A stretch of DNA of 64,000 nt from Tagaea sp. (GCA_965279525.1 CBDIIB010000004.1:1296736-1360735); one strand, 5' to 3'. Positions 1-10,243 are shown, counted from the first letter of the stretch. Notes: a model not told the origin generated them from the letters alone. Made by a program: numbers and translations.

Positions 1-2
1 CC

Positions 3-206
3 GCGATGGTTGCCGCCGAGCTCACCGGCGCAGATGCGGGCCTCGGATGGCGGATCTTCTGGTATCAGGAGTTTTTCGCCATGGACAAGGTGATGGCGGT
101 GATCCTGTCGATTGGCGTTCTCGGTTACGCGCTCGATATGGTCCTGCGGCGCATCCAGTCAGAGCTCACACGCTGGAGTGCCGATACCCGCATGGAGGCC
201 AGATGA
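3..206 (+). CDS. NitT/TauT-family ABC transporter permease, C-terminal part (5' truncated by window edge)
   Basis: VAAEL-G---GLG motif and final TM helix typical of SsuC/TauC permeases; stop overlaps the next ATG. Confidence 0.85.
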   Translation, partial: AMVAAELTGADAGLGWRIFWYQEFFAMDKVMAVILSIGVLGYALDMVLRRIQSELTRWSADTRMEAR

Positions 207-982
207 CGCTGAATCAGCGCCGGGCCGCACCGCTTGTTTTCTTCTCGATTGTCCTGGTCGCATGGGAAGCGGGCGTCCATGCCACAGGATCAGCGAGAAT
301 CGCGCCATACCCGGTTGGCATCGCCGAGGCGGCCGTACGTGCGCTCGCGGACGGCACACTACTGACCGCCATTGCCGGCAGCCTGCAGCGGGTCACGACC
401 GGATTCGTGATCGCGGCTCTGCTCGGCATTCCGCTCGGCCTGCTCATGGGGCTCGCCGAACCCGTCCGCCGTGCTCTCGACCCGATCGTCGACTCGCTAC
501 GTGCGATCGCACCGATCGCTTGGATACCGATGGCGCTGCTCTGGCTTGGCATCCGCGGAAATGCCGCGCTGTTTATCGTCGCATACGCCGCCTTCTTCCC
601 GTTCGTGCTCAATACAATTCAGGCAGTCCGGCTCATCGACCGTCGCCTGGTCGACGCCGGGCGGGCGCTCGGCGCCGGGCGATGGCTGACATTGCGCGCG
701 ATCATCATCCCTGGAGCGCTACCCGTCGTGCTCACCGGCGCACGAATCGCGATGGCATTCGCATGGGGATCGATCATCGCGGCAGAGATGGCGATCGGCA
801 TCAAGGTCAATCCGGGTGGAGCGGCAACTGTTGGGTTGGGGCAACTTATGGTCAATACTCTCTACATAAAACGGGACATAAACGGCCTTGTCCTCTACAT
901 GGCCAGCATCGGACTTATCAGCATGGCGATTGACTATGGCGTTCGCTCGCTCCTGCGCGCGGTGACCCCATGGCAGAAATGA
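203..982 (+). CDS. NitT/TauT-family ABC transporter permease
   Basis: ATG at 203 after GGAGG; hydrophobic, IAPIAWIP, EAA-loop-like DAGRALGA, IIAAEM. Confidence 0.9.
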   Translation: MTLNQRRAAPLVFFSIVLVAWEAGVHATGSARIAPYPVGIAEAAVRALADGTLLTAIAGSLQRVTTGFVIAALLGIPLGLLMGLAEPVRRALDPIVDSLRAIAPIAWIPMALLWLGIRGNAALFIVAYAAFFPFVLNTIQAVRLIDRRLVDAGRALGAGRWLTLRAIIIPGALPVVLTGARIAMAFAWGSIIAAEMAIGIKVNPGGAATVGLGQLMVNTLYIKRDINGLVLYMASIGLISMAIDYGVRSLLRAVTPWQK

Positions 983-1785
983 GCGCGCCCAAGATCGAGG
1001 CGATTGGCCTCGGGAAGACCTACGTTTCGGCCCGCAAGGGAACGCAGGTCGAAGCACTGCGTGACGTGTCGTTCCAGGTCATGCCGAACGAGTTCGTGTC
1101 GATCGTCGGACCCTCGGGCTGCGGAAAGTCGACACTCCTATCTCTTGTCGCAGGATTTTCAACACCTTCGTCCGGCGCCATCCGCTTCGACGGCCGGACG
1201 ATCACGGGACCAGGCCCGGAGCGAGGCGTGATGTTCCAAGACTACGCCCTGTTTCCATGGCGAACGGTCCGCGGAAACATCGAATTCGGCCCGCTTGCCC
1301 GGGGCCTCGACACCGCACGACGGATCGATCTCGTCCGGCGGAATATCGAGATGGTGGGACTTGCGGGATTCGAGGATCGATATCCGCACGAACTCTCCGG
1401 CGGCATGCGGCAGCGCTGCGCCCTCGCTCGCCTGCTCGCCAACGAGCCGGAGGTCTGGCTCATGGATGAGCCGCTTGCGGCCGTTGACTTGCAGACGCGC
1501 GTTATCCTGCAGGACGAGCTTCTCCGACTGTGGGGTGATGCAAGCTTCGGGGTCGAACGGAAATCGGTGCTTTTCGTCACACATGGAATCGACGAAGCCG
1601 TCTACCTGTCCGACCGCGTGGTTGTGCTCGGCCGCAGGCCGGGCCAGATCAAGGAGATCGTCACGGTCGACCTGCCTCGTCCGCGCGTCGGTATGCGCTC
1701 GTCGCCCGAGGTGGCTCGGCTCGTCGAACACATCTGGAACCTGATCCGCGCAGAGGCCGCGCGGGCGATCGTCGAAGAGCCATAG
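979..1785 (+). CDS. NitT/TauT-family ABC transporter ATP-binding protein
   Basis: Walker A GPSGCGKS, LSGGM signature, Walker B WLMDEP, VTH; ATGA overlap with the upstream permease. Confidence 0.95.
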   Translation: MSAPKIEAIGLGKTYVSARKGTQVEALRDVSFQVMPNEFVSIVGPSGCGKSTLLSLVAGFSTPSSGAIRFDGRTITGPGPERGVMFQDYALFPWRTVRGNIEFGPLARGLDTARRIDLVRRNIEMVGLAGFEDRYPHELSGGMRQRCALARLLANEPEVWLMDEPLAAVDLQTRVILQDELLRLWGDASFGVERKSVLFVTHGIDEAVYLSDRVVVLGRRPGQIKEIVTVDLPRPRVGMRSSPEVARLVEHIWNLIRAEAARAIVEEP

Positions 1786-1822
1786 AAACCAGAAACGCAA
1801 AACCAAAACCCGGAGGAACCCA

Positions 1823-3040
1823 ATGGAACGCGATGCGAATACGACACGACGTTCGGTCCTTAAGGCTGGCGGCGCCGCTGCCCTGGCGGCATTGCCGCTC
1901 TTCCGTGCCAGCCCGTCGCTCGCACAGGCACTGAAGATGTCGATGGGAGTCGGCCTCACGAATGACGGAGCGCCGCTCGTTTTCGCGATGCAGCGCGATA
2001 AGCTCCTGGAAAAGGCGGCGGAAGAACTCGGCATCCGCATCGATGCCGAGTACCTGAACTTCCCGGTGCTGCTCCGGATGCTCCAGGGACTTGCCGCCGG
2101 CCAGCTCGACATCGGCATGCTCGGCTCGACGCCGACGATCCGCAACCTCGCCCAACCGAACCCGGCCGTGCCGATCGCGATTGGCGGCGGCGGGATCAAG
2201 TTTCCACTGCAGGTCCCGAAAGGATCGCCGATCAGGAAACTCGACGACCTGCGCGGCAAGACGATCCTGACGATCGTCGGATCCGATCTCCATCTTGTGC
2301 TGATGCTGATGTTGAAAGCACATTTCGGGACAGACGACGTCAAGGAACTGAACATCACGGTCAAGAACATCCAGGCATTCACCGAATTGACGCGCGCGCA
2401 GCCCGGGATCGATGCCGTTCTGAACGTCGATCCGGCTGCCCGGGGTGCCGAAAACGCAGGCGAGCTCGTGGCGCTCGTGCGCAACGACGGATCGACCGGT
2501 CCGGCCTACGACGGCCCGGAAGGAAAGGGCGAGGGTCACAAGGTCGCGAGCTTCAGCAAGACCGGATTTCATCCTGAAGCCTACTATCCGCACCGGATCT
2601 GGTGGGTCGCGCGCGAGCAGTTCATGCGCGAGAACCCGAAGGCCGTCGTGGCGCTTCTCGTCGCCAATGCGCGTGCCGTCCAGTTGACGACAAAGATGAC
2701 GACGGACGAGGTGATCGATCTTGCAAACAAGGAATGGTTCAGCGACCGCGCGGCCCAGCGCCCCTATGTCGAGAACATCCTTTACCGCAAGCGCGGCTGG
2801 TCGTGGATCACCGAGGGAGACGCGCGCTCCCTGATAGGCATGTCGAAAGTCAAGACGATCTTCCAAAGCGAGCTCAATCCTGACTCCGTCAAGCGCACGC
2901 TTGCTCTCGGAGCGCCGCTTTCTCGAGAGGCTTGGGAACGGGTCGGCAAGGACCCCGCCCCGGCCGCATTTTCCGACCGCACGGCGCCAGACACCCGTGG
3001 CGCACCGGTATGGGAAGTCGACACTTGGAAGCTCGCATGA
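1823..3040 (+). CDS. ABC transporter substrate-binding protein (SsuA/NMT1-like) with Tat signal
   Basis: TRRSVLK twin-arginine leader ending SLA; GQLDIGMLG and SPIRKLDDLRGK segments typical of SsuA-like proteins; RBS GGAGG. Confidence 0.85.
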   Translation: MERDANTTRRSVLKAGGAAALAALPLFRASPSLAQALKMSMGVGLTNDGAPLVFAMQRDKLLEKAAEELGIRIDAEYLNFPVLLRMLQGLAAGQLDIGMLGSTPTIRNLAQPNPAVPIAIGGGGIKFPLQVPKGSPIRKLDDLRGKTILTIVGSDLHLVLMLMLKAHFGTDDVKELNITVKNIQAFTELTRAQPGIDAVLNVDPAARGAENAGELVALVRNDGSTGPAYDGPEGKGEGHKVASFSKTGFHPEAYYPHRIWWVAREQFMRENPKAVVALLVANARAVQLTTKMTTDEVIDLANKEWFSDRAAQRPYVENILYRKRGWSWITEGDARSLIGMSKVKTIFQSELNPDSVKRTLALGAPLSREAWERVGKDPAPAAFSDRTAPDTRGAPVWEVDTWKLA

Positions 3041-3939
3041 CGAAGGCAGACGTCCAGACGATCGGTCGTCACGAGTCCGTCGCGATCCACCATGGCAATG
3101 CCGTCACAGGCGAATGCCCGTTCTGGGACGTCCGTTCCGGCATGCTGTGGTGGGTCGATATCCAGGGACAACGACTTCTTGGCTGTTCGCCGGACAGCGG
3201 CGAGACGGTCGAACACGCGCTTCCGAGCATGCCGGGGCTGCTGGTGGGGCGAAGGAAAGGTGGGCTGCTCGTCGGCCTCGAAGACGGCCTCTATCCATTT
3301 GATCCCGCTGGCGGGCTCGGTGAACGCATTTTCGCCGTCGAGGACGACATGCCGGCGACGCGGATCAACGAAGGCAAGCCCGATCCAGTCGGCAGGCTCT
3401 GGTTCGGCACGATGGACAAATCCGGATCCGGCGCACCGCTCGGCTCGCTCTATCGGCTCGACCTTGACGGTCGCCTGACACGTGTCCGCACGGAGGTCCG
3501 CATCCCGAATGCGATTGATTTCACGACGGACGGATCCCAGTTCTTTTTCTGCGATACGCGCAGCCGGACGATCGAGGTCGCGGCATACGATCAGGTAGCC
3601 GGAACTGCCGGCGCGCCGCGAACGTTCGCGCAGTTCGCCGAGCCCGGCGCACCAGATGGCAGCTGCATCGATGCCGAAGGCGGACTTTGGGTGGCCGTGA
3701 TCGACGCCGGTAGGATCGAGCGGTTCCGGCCGGACGGCACGCTCGATCTCGTCGTGGAACTTCCGGTTTCGCGCCCCACAATGCCCACGCTCGGCGGGCC
3801 TGACGGACGCACCCTGTTCGTGACGTCCCAACGCCGCGTCCTGTCCGCGCAGGAACTCGCCCGCCAACCGCTTGCCGGCGATCTCATCGCAGTCCGCGTA
3901 CCCTATTCCGCACGCCCGCCTTTCCTCGCCGCGTTCTAG
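3037..3939 (+). CDS. SMP-30/gluconolactonase-family sugar lactonase
   Basis: GECPFWD, RINEGKPD..GRLWFGTM, PNAIDF and PDGSCIDAEG motifs; ATGA overlap. Confidence 0.92.
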   Translation: MTKADVQTIGRHESVAIHHGNAVTGECPFWDVRSGMLWWVDIQGQRLLGCSPDSGETVEHALPSMPGLLVGRRKGGLLVGLEDGLYPFDPAGGLGERIFAVEDDMPATRINEGKPDPVGRLWFGTMDKSGSGAPLGSLYRLDLDGRLTRVRTEVRIPNAIDFTTDGSQFFFCDTRSRTIEVAAYDQVAGTAGAPRTFAQFAEPGAPDGSCIDAEGGLWVAVIDAGRIERFRPDGTLDLVVELPVSRPTMPTLGGPDGRTLFVTSQRRVLSAQELARQPLAGDLIAVRVPYSARPPFLAAF

Positions 3940-4295
3940 GACTGGCCCGCGCGCAGGCTGAATACGCGTTCCAGCGCGATCCGCAGCGGGCCATCGCCGT
4001 CCTGGAGGAGAATGTCGGACATGTACGCCTGCCAGCGCCGCCAGACCGGGTTTCCGCGAAACGCATCCATCTGATGGTCGGCACGACGAACGACAAACGC
4101 GAACAGCAGGCCATACTCGCGCATCAGATGGATTTCGAAATGGAGAATGCCTGCGCCTTCGATCGTCGCGCGCATTTCCGGCCATATCTCGTCGTGCCGC
4201 TTCTCGTACTCGGCCTCGGTGCCCGGCCGCAGGCGCAGGCAAAAAGCGATACTCTCGGCCGCAGGCAACGGCCCGATCAGGTTAACGGCGTTCAT
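3936..4295 (-). CDS. rhaM: L-rhamnose mutarotase family protein
   Basis: EYEKRHDEIWPE and VWRRWQAYMSDIL match RhaM signatures; actual substrate may differ. Confidence 0.85.
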   Translation of the reverse strand: MNAVNLIGPLPAAESIAFCLRLRPGTEAEYEKRHDEIWPEMRATIEGAGILHFEIHLMREYGLLFAFVVRRADHQMDAFRGNPVWRRWQAYMSDILLQDGDGPLRIALERVFSLRAGQS

Positions 4296-4325
4296 ATGCC
4301 CTCCTTCAATCGGAAAATCGGCACT

Positions 4326-4346
4326 TGAGATATGACTGATATCTCA
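4326..4346. promoter_or_regulatory. Inverted repeat TGAGATAT-N5-ATATCTCA, probable GntR operator
   Basis: Perfect 8-bp arms, AT-rich, between divergent rhaM and gntR genes. Confidence 0.6.
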
Positions 4347-4361
4347 GTTATAGATCAAGCC

Positions 4362-5012
4362 ATGAGCCAAGCGATGCTACGTCACAAGGCCTATGACCGA
4401 TTCAAGGAGCGGCTTTTCGCCCGCGCCCTTGAGCCAGGACAATTCATCACGCAGCGCGAATTGAGCGAGATCGTCAAGATCCCCATCGGTCCGCTTCGCG
4501 AGGCGCTCAAGAAGCTCGAAGCCGAGGCCCTTGTCCGGCTGATCCCGCAGCGCGGCATCCAGATCGCTGACGTGAACGTCACCCTGCTGAACGAAGCCTT
4601 CGGACTGCGCCGGATACTGGAACTTGCGGCCGCGCGCCATTTCGCGGCGGAAGCGCCGATGTCGCTGATCCGCGATCTCGAGGCGCAGACCGCTCGAGTG
4701 TTGAAGCGTATTCGCCCGAACCCGGATCGAGAGGCGCTCGACGAGGCACTGCGGGTCGACTGGATGATGCACGATCTGGTGATCGACCGGCTCGGGAACC
4801 GAACGCTATCGGACGTCCATCGCCTGAACTTCGACAAGATCCGTCTTGCGCGACTGCACCGCCGTTTCACGCCGGAGCGCGTGCGGCCGGCGATCGAGGA
4901 GCACATGGCCGTCATTGCCGGGTTCCGCGCCCGCAGCCCGGACGCCGCCGCGGCCGCCCTCGACCGCCATCTGACCATCGCTCACCAGAGGGCGGTCGGG
5001 TTGGCACCATGA
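4362..5012 (+). CDS. GntR-family regulator with FCD domain
   Basis: wHTH (LEPGQ..ELSE..PLREALKKLEAE..IPQRG); FCD D..MH and EHMAVI..RHL. Start moved from 4332 to 4362 because the former lies inside the palindrome. Confidence 0.9.
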   Translation: MSQAMLRHKAYDRFKERLFARALEPGQFITQRELSEIVKIPIGPLREALKKLEAEALVRLIPQRGIQIADVNVTLLNEAFGLRRILELAAARHFAAEAPMSLIRDLEAQTARVLKRIRPNPDREALDEALRVDWMMHDLVIDRLGNRTLSDVHRLNFDKIRLARLHRRFTPERVRPAIEEHMAVIAGFRARSPDAAAAALDRHLTIAHQRAVGLAP

Positions 5013-6484
5013 CGAAGCGGCCCAACCTGCTATTCCTTTTCTCCGATCAGCATGCTTTCCATGTAGCGGGATGCTACGGCGACCGCATCGCGAAAACGCC
5101 CAATCTTGACTCGCTAGCGGCATCCGGCGTTACGTTCGATGCCGCCTACTGCCCATCGCCGATCTGCGTTCCGTCGCGCATGTCGATGCTGACGGCATGC
5201 CATCCCTCCACTCAGGATTGCTGGACGAACGACGACTTTCTCGCCTCCGACCGGGCGACCTGGCCGCATGCCTTGGGGGCCGCCGGTTATCGACCCATCC
5301 TGATCGGCCGATTGCACGCGATGGGCCCGGATCAGCTGCACGGCTATGCTGAGCGCGAGATCGGCGATCACAGTCCAAACTGGGCTGGCGTCCCGCGCCA
5401 CGACATGGGCGTGCTCAACGAAACGAATGATCCGCACCGCACGAGCGTCGTGCGCAGCGGGTCCGGCGAAAGCGCCTACGAAATCAAGGACCGGGATGTG
5501 ACCCGGGCCGCAGTCGCGTGCATCGATCGCCTCGGCACGCAGCGTAGATCCGGAAATACCGAGCCATTCGCACTATCCGTTGGATTCATGCTGCCCCATC
5601 CGCCCTATGTCGCGACCAAGGCGGACTATGCGCTTTTTTCAGGAAAAGTGAGCCCGCCGCGACTCGCGGCGCCCTCACCGGACAGCGAGCATCCGTGGCT
5701 CGCTTGGTGGCGCAACAACAGGGGTATCGAAACTGTCGATCCGGAAGATGCGCATCGCGCACGCGCCGCATATTACGCACTCACATTCAGGCTCGACGCG
5801 ATGATCGGCGAAGTACTCGACGCACTGCATCGCAACGGCCTCGCCGAGGATACACTGATCGTCTACACGACGGACCACGGCGACCAGATCGGCGAGCGTG
5901 GACTTTGGTGGAAGCACACGTTCTACGAGGAGTCCGTTCGGGTTCCGATGATCCTGTCCTGGCCCGGGACGATCCCGGCCGGCCAGCGCCGCTCTCAGGT
6001 CGTCAACCTCGTCGATCTGTCCGCGACAATGCTCGCGGCGTTGGGCGCTCCGCCCCTTCCTGGTTCGCAAGGTCGCAGCTTCCTCGACGTGGCAAAGAAC
6101 GGTGACGCGCCTTGGCTCGACGAAACCGTATCGGAATACTGCACCGATGAAGTTCCGGTTTGGACCGGCGGAATGGCCGTGCGCCAGCGCATGCTGCGCC
6201 GGGGCAGGTGGAAGCTCGTCTACTATCACGGATATCGCCCACAGCTCTTCGACCTCACGACGGATCCCGACGAATTATGCGACCTTGCGGAATCCCCGAC
6301 ACATGCATCGGTCGTGGCAAGCCTGCTGGAACGTCTCCTGTCGGACTGGAACCCGGACGACGTGGATTTGCGGATGCGCGCACGCCGCCGCAACAAGGAC
6401 ATGATCGGCGCCTGGGCACGCCGAACGAGCCCGCCCAACGCCTATCTCTGGCCAACGAAGCCAGAGCAGAACCGCCTCGATTGA
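5009..6484 (+). CDS. Cys-type sulfatase (choline-sulfatase-like), no signal peptide
   Basis: RPNLLFLFSDQH, CVPSR signature, PHPPY, TTDHGD, WWKH. Confidence 0.93.
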   Translation: MTKRPNLLFLFSDQHAFHVAGCYGDRIAKTPNLDSLAASGVTFDAAYCPSPICVPSRMSMLTACHPSTQDCWTNDDFLASDRATWPHALGAAGYRPILIGRLHAMGPDQLHGYAEREIGDHSPNWAGVPRHDMGVLNETNDPHRTSVVRSGSGESAYEIKDRDVTRAAVACIDRLGTQRRSGNTEPFALSVGFMLPHPPYVATKADYALFSGKVSPPRLAAPSPDSEHPWLAWWRNNRGIETVDPEDAHRARAAYYALTFRLDAMIGEVLDALHRNGLAEDTLIVYTTDHGDQIGERGLWWKHTFYEESVRVPMILSWPGTIPAGQRRSQVVNLVDLSATMLAALGAPPLPGSQGRSFLDVAKNGDAPWLDETVSEYCTDEVPVWTGGMAVRQRMLRRGRWKLVYYHGYRPQLFDLTTDPDELCDLAESPTHASVVASLLERLLSDWNPDDVDLRMRARRRNKDMIGAWARRTSPPNAYLWPTKPEQNRLD

Positions 6485-6534
6485 AACTGAAACAACGGCC
6501 GACAGAGCCGAACGACGCAAGGAGGAAAACGAAT

Positions 6535-7560
6535 ATGCTCAAGAAACTGATCGCCGCATTCGCGCTGCTTGGCGCGAGTGTTGCCACGGCCCAGCCACTC
6601 GAGATCAAGATCGGCGCTGCCTATGCTACCGACCATGCCGCCGCTTTCATCGGCGTCGAACGCGGCATATTCGCCAAGCACGGTCTCGACGCGAAAATAG
6701 TCATGTATCAGACCGGCGTCGAGATGATCAACGGACTGCTCGCCAACGCGCAGGACGTCAACATCATGGGATCAATTCCGTTCCTCGCAGGCGTGTCGCG
6801 CGGGCAGCCCATCGTCCTGATCGGCCATCTGCACGGCGACGCGCTGTCGACGAACTACTCGCAGAACAACGCGCTGATCACGACACCGCAGGGCGGTGTC
6901 CGCAAAGACGATCTTCAAAGCCTGCGGGGCAAGAAGATCGGCCTTGCGCGCGGAACGGGCGCGGAAGGTTATCTTCTCGGCATTCTCGCCCAGGCAGGTC
7001 TCAAGGACACGGACATGACGCTCGTGAATTTGCGCCCAGCCGATACAGCCACGGCTCTTCGCCAGGGAGACGTGCACGCTGTTGCGGCATGGGAACCATG
7101 GGCGACCGTCACGACACTTCGCACGCCCGGCGCCATCGAGATTATCCGGGGCAACTGCAATAGCTGCTATGATCCGGGATCCATCCTGACCACACGCGCG
7201 ACGATCGCCCAGAAGTCGGAACAGCTCCGCCGTTTCATGGTCGCATTTTCCGAGTCGCACCAGTGGCTCCGCCAGAACTACGACGCGGCAGCGGAAATCA
7301 ACATGCGCTGGATCACCGGGATCGAAATGGACATCATGAAAGTGGCCATCCGGAACTCCCTCTACGATCTCCGGGTGACCAAAAACACGCTCGAAGGCTA
7401 TGACAAGAAGACGATTCCGGCCCTGGTTGCCGACAAGCGGATGGCGCGTTCGCTGCCCGCAGCGAGCGTCGTAGATGCCCAATTCTACAAGCACGTCGAG
7501 GCTGTTGCACCGCAGTTTTTCTCCGATCTGAAGCCGGTCCCGGCGGACCGCCGTCTCTGA
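6535..7560 (+). CDS. ABC substrate-binding protein (SsuA/NMT1-like), Sec signal
   Basis: RBS GGAGG; MLKKLIAAFALLGASVATA leader; LRGKKIG and AWEP motifs. Confidence 0.88.
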   Translation: MLKKLIAAFALLGASVATAQPLEIKIGAAYATDHAAAFIGVERGIFAKHGLDAKIVMYQTGVEMINGLLANAQDVNIMGSIPFLAGVSRGQPIVLIGHLHGDALSTNYSQNNALITTPQGGVRKDDLQSLRGKKIGLARGTGAEGYLLGILAQAGLKDTDMTLVNLRPADTATALRQGDVHAVAAWEPWATVTTLRTPGAIEIIRGNCNSCYDPGSILTTRATIAQKSEQLRRFMVAFSESHQWLRQNYDAAAEINMRWITGIEMDIMKVAIRNSLYDLRVTKNTLEGYDKKTIPALVADKRMARSLPAASVVDAQFYKHVEAVAPQFFSDLKPVPADRRL

Positions 7561-7573
7561 GAAGGTTGGAGAG

Positions 7574-8362
7574 ATGACGAATGTTCGGATCGCCGCACGC
7601 GATCTAAGACTGGAGTACCGCGACGAGACGCGTGGCGAGCGTCACGTCGCGGTCGACCATCTGTCGCTCGACGTTCTCGCCGACGAGTTTTTCTGTGTCG
7701 TCGGTCCGAGCGGTTGCGGCAAGTCCACGCTGATATCGGCGATCGCGGGCTTCCTCAAGCCGCGTGCCGGAACCCTGACTCTCGACGGGAAATCGATCGA
7801 CGGACCCGGGGCCGACCGCGGTGTCGTATTTCAGGAGTATGCCCTACTCCCCTGGATGACGGTTCTCGACAACGTGGCCCTTGGCCCCAAACTGAAGGGC
7901 GTTCCGAAAGCCGAGCGTCATGAACGTGCGCGACACTATCTTGAAATGGCGAACCTGGCGGACGCAGCACAGAAGTATCCCCACGAACTTTCGGGCGGCA
8001 TGAAGCAGCGTACGGCCGTCGCGCGGACGCTGGCAAACGAGCCTGAAGTGATGCTGATGGACGAGCCGTTTGCGGCGATCGATGCGCAGACGCGAATGAC
8101 CCTCCAAGAGGAGCTGCTCCGCATCTGGGCCGCCGCGCGGATTACGGTCCTTTTCGTAACGCACAGTGTCGAGGAAGCCTGTTTTCTTGGCGACCGGGTA
8201 GCCATTCTCACACCCGGACCTGGTCGCGTGAAGGAGATCGTCGACGTGCCGATCGCCCGCGACCGCCGCAGTTGGGCGGAACTGGGTGCCGATCCCGAGT
8301 TTACCCGCATCAAGGATCATGTCCTTGCGTCGGTCCGCGGCGTGGACCGACAGGCAGCATGA
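7574..8362 (+). CDS. NitT/TauT-family ABC ATP-binding protein
   Basis: GPSGCGKS, LSGGM, LMDEPF, VTHS. Confidence 0.95.
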   Translation: MTNVRIAARDLRLEYRDETRGERHVAVDHLSLDVLADEFFCVVGPSGCGKSTLISAIAGFLKPRAGTLTLDGKSIDGPGADRGVVFQEYALLPWMTVLDNVALGPKLKGVPKAERHERARHYLEMANLADAAQKYPHELSGGMKQRTAVARTLANEPEVMLMDEPFAAIDAQTRMTLQEELLRIWAAARITVLFVTHSVEEACFLGDRVAILTPGPGRVKEIVDVPIARDRRSWAELGADPEFTRIKDHVLASVRGVDRQAA

Positions 8363-8682
8363 TCGATCGCCGGCATCCGTTGTTCCGGACTTTCGCTTCC
8401 ACAATGGCCGTACTCGCCGTCGCTGCGGGATGGACGGCGTGGGGGCGCAGCCACGCCGACTCCCTCGCCCAAGCAGGCGGGGTTGGAACAGCCAAGGGTC
8501 ACTACATCGTCACGCTGGCGTTTGCGCCGGAAGGATTTCACGTGACTCGTCTCCAGGCAATCGGACGCCTGATCGAGGTGCGCGGCTCGGAGATATTCCT
8601 GATGGATGTCGATCCAACGGCACTACGCGAAGCCGCAACGGCCTACTGGGTCCGCGGGGTTCGGCAATGGCCGGGTCGATAG
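8359..8682 (+). CDS. Small hypothetical protein with N-terminal TM/signal segment inside an ABC operon
   Basis: ATGA overlap with the ATPase stop; fills the gap to the next permease; hydrophobic N-terminus. Confidence 0.7.
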   Translation: MIDRRHPLFRTFASTMAVLAVAAGWTAWGRSHADSLAQAGGVGTAKGHYIVTLAFAPEGFHVTRLQAIGRLIEVRGSEIFLMDVDPTALREAATAYWVRGVRQWPGR

Positions 8683-9485
8683 CGTCGTCCGGGATTCCAC
8701 TGCGCAAGAAGCTGGAGCGCCCTGCCAAAGGGGCATTTGGCATCCTGCTTTTCCTGCTGGCGTGGCAGGTCTCGGTTCCGCTTGTCGGGCTTGAGCCCTA
8801 TTTCTACCCGGCACCGTCCGACGTCGCGGCCGCATTCGTCGATCTGGTGCGCAAGGGGATTCTTCCGGTCTATGTCATCGATAGCCTGGAGCGCTATACC
8901 GTTGGCGTCGCGATCGGTGCGTGTGCCGGCATCTTTTTCGGAATCCTCATCGGGCTCAACGCGACCGCCTCGCGGCTCCTGTCACCGACGATCAACTTCC
9001 TTTTCGCGATCGTTGAGGTCGCATGGATACCGATTTTCGTTATCTGGTGGGGCTACGGTTACAAGACGATCCTCATCGCGCTGACATACGTGGTGTTCTT
9101 TCCAGTCGTCTACAACACGCTGGTTGGAGTGCGGACGGTTCCGCAGCCATTGATCAATGCCGTCCGGGTTCTTGGCGCGAACCGATGGCAGGTCCTGACC
9201 AACGTGATCCTTCCGGCTGCCCTGCCGAGCATAATTACGGGTCTGCGTGTTGGCGCCGGCTTTGCGTTCCGAGGGCTGATCTTCGCGGAAATCGTCGCGG
9301 CAAAAACCGGTCTCGGCTATCTGATTTTCGAAGGAGCGCAGACCCAGCAGACGGCACGTACGATCGTGGGCATGATCTCGGTCGGTCTGCTCTGGTTGTT
9401 GATCGACCAGTTCTACCTGAAGCCACTTGAGCGGGCGACCATCGAGCGCTGGGGCCTCGTAATCGAGGCGGAGCAGCGCGCATGA
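8667..9485 (+). CDS. NitT/TauT-family ABC permease
   Basis: PAPSDV, VAWIP, AVRVLGA, LIFAE..GLG. Confidence 0.9.
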   Translation: MAGSIASSGIPLRKKLERPAKGAFGILLFLLAWQVSVPLVGLEPYFYPAPSDVAAAFVDLVRKGILPVYVIDSLERYTVGVAIGACAGIFFGILIGLNATASRLLSPTINFLFAIVEVAWIPIFVIWWGYGYKTILIALTYVVFFPVVYNTLVGVRTVPQPLINAVRVLGANRWQVLTNVILPAALPSIITGLRVGAGFAFRGLIFAEIVAAKTGLGYLIFEGAQTQQTARTIVGMISVGLLWLLIDQFYLKPLERATIERWGLVIEAEQRA

Positions 9486-10243
9486 AAGCCGATTCGCTGA
9501 TCGGGCTTGTTCCGTTCGGGCTGGCGCTCGCGGCCTGGGCGATTCTGCCCATGGTGATTGACTATCCATCCTACATGCTGCCGCCACTGCCGGACGTCTG
9601 GATCCATCTCCAGGAGATCGTGTCGGACGGAACTCTCGCAGACCATGTCGTCAGCTCTCTGGGCCGGCTCGCGCTCGGCTTCGCCCTAGGTGCCGGCATT
9701 GCCGTACCGCTCGGCATTGCGATCGCGCTCAACCGGCACGTCGCCGACACTCTGAAGCCTCTGTTGACGTTTCTCCAGTCGATCGCCGGGATTGCGTGGG
9801 TTCCGCTGGCAATCATCTGGTTCGGAATCGGTATCGGCTCCGTCGTCTTCGTCATCGCGAACACGATTTTCTTTGCTACGCTCTACAACACGGTCGTCGG
9901 CGTACAGGCGATCCCTCAGGCGCTGCACCGGGCGGTCCGTTCGCTGGGTGGACGCGGACTTAGTCTTGCCACGGTCCTGATTCTGCCCGGCGCCCTCGTC
10001 CAGCTCATCGTCGGTTTCCGTACCGCAATGGCCTACGGATGGCGTGCATTGGTCGCCGGCGAGATGATCGCCGGGACCAACGGGCTCGGATACATGACGA
10101 TCGAAGCGGTTCAATGGTATCGCACAGAAACGGTCCTGATCGGCATGATCGCAATCGGACTGATCTGGTTGGTAATGGATCGTCTCGTATTTGTCCCGAT
10201 CGAGCGCGCGACGGTCCAGCGTTGGGGGATCGTCCAGCGATGA
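9482..10243 (+). CDS. NitT/TauT-family ABC permease
   Basis: IAWVPLA, AVRSLGG, WRALVAGEM..GLG. Confidence 0.9.
   Translation: MKADSLIGLVPFGLALAAWAILPMVIDYPSYMLPPLPDVWIHLQEIVSDGTLADHVVSSLGRLALGFALGAGIAVPLGIAIALNRHVADTLKPLLTFLQSIAGIAWVPLAIIWFGIGIGSVVFVIANTIFFATLYNTVVGVQAIPQALHRAVRSLGGRGLSLATVLILPGALVQLIVGFRTAMAYGWRALVAGEMIAGTNGLGYMTIEAVQWYRTETVLIGMIAIGLIWLVMDRLVFVPIERATVQRWGIVQR

Noticed and set aside
1786-1812. A/C-rich AAACC repeats before the SBP gene
   Set aside because: Short and consistent with an unstructured leader before the RBS.
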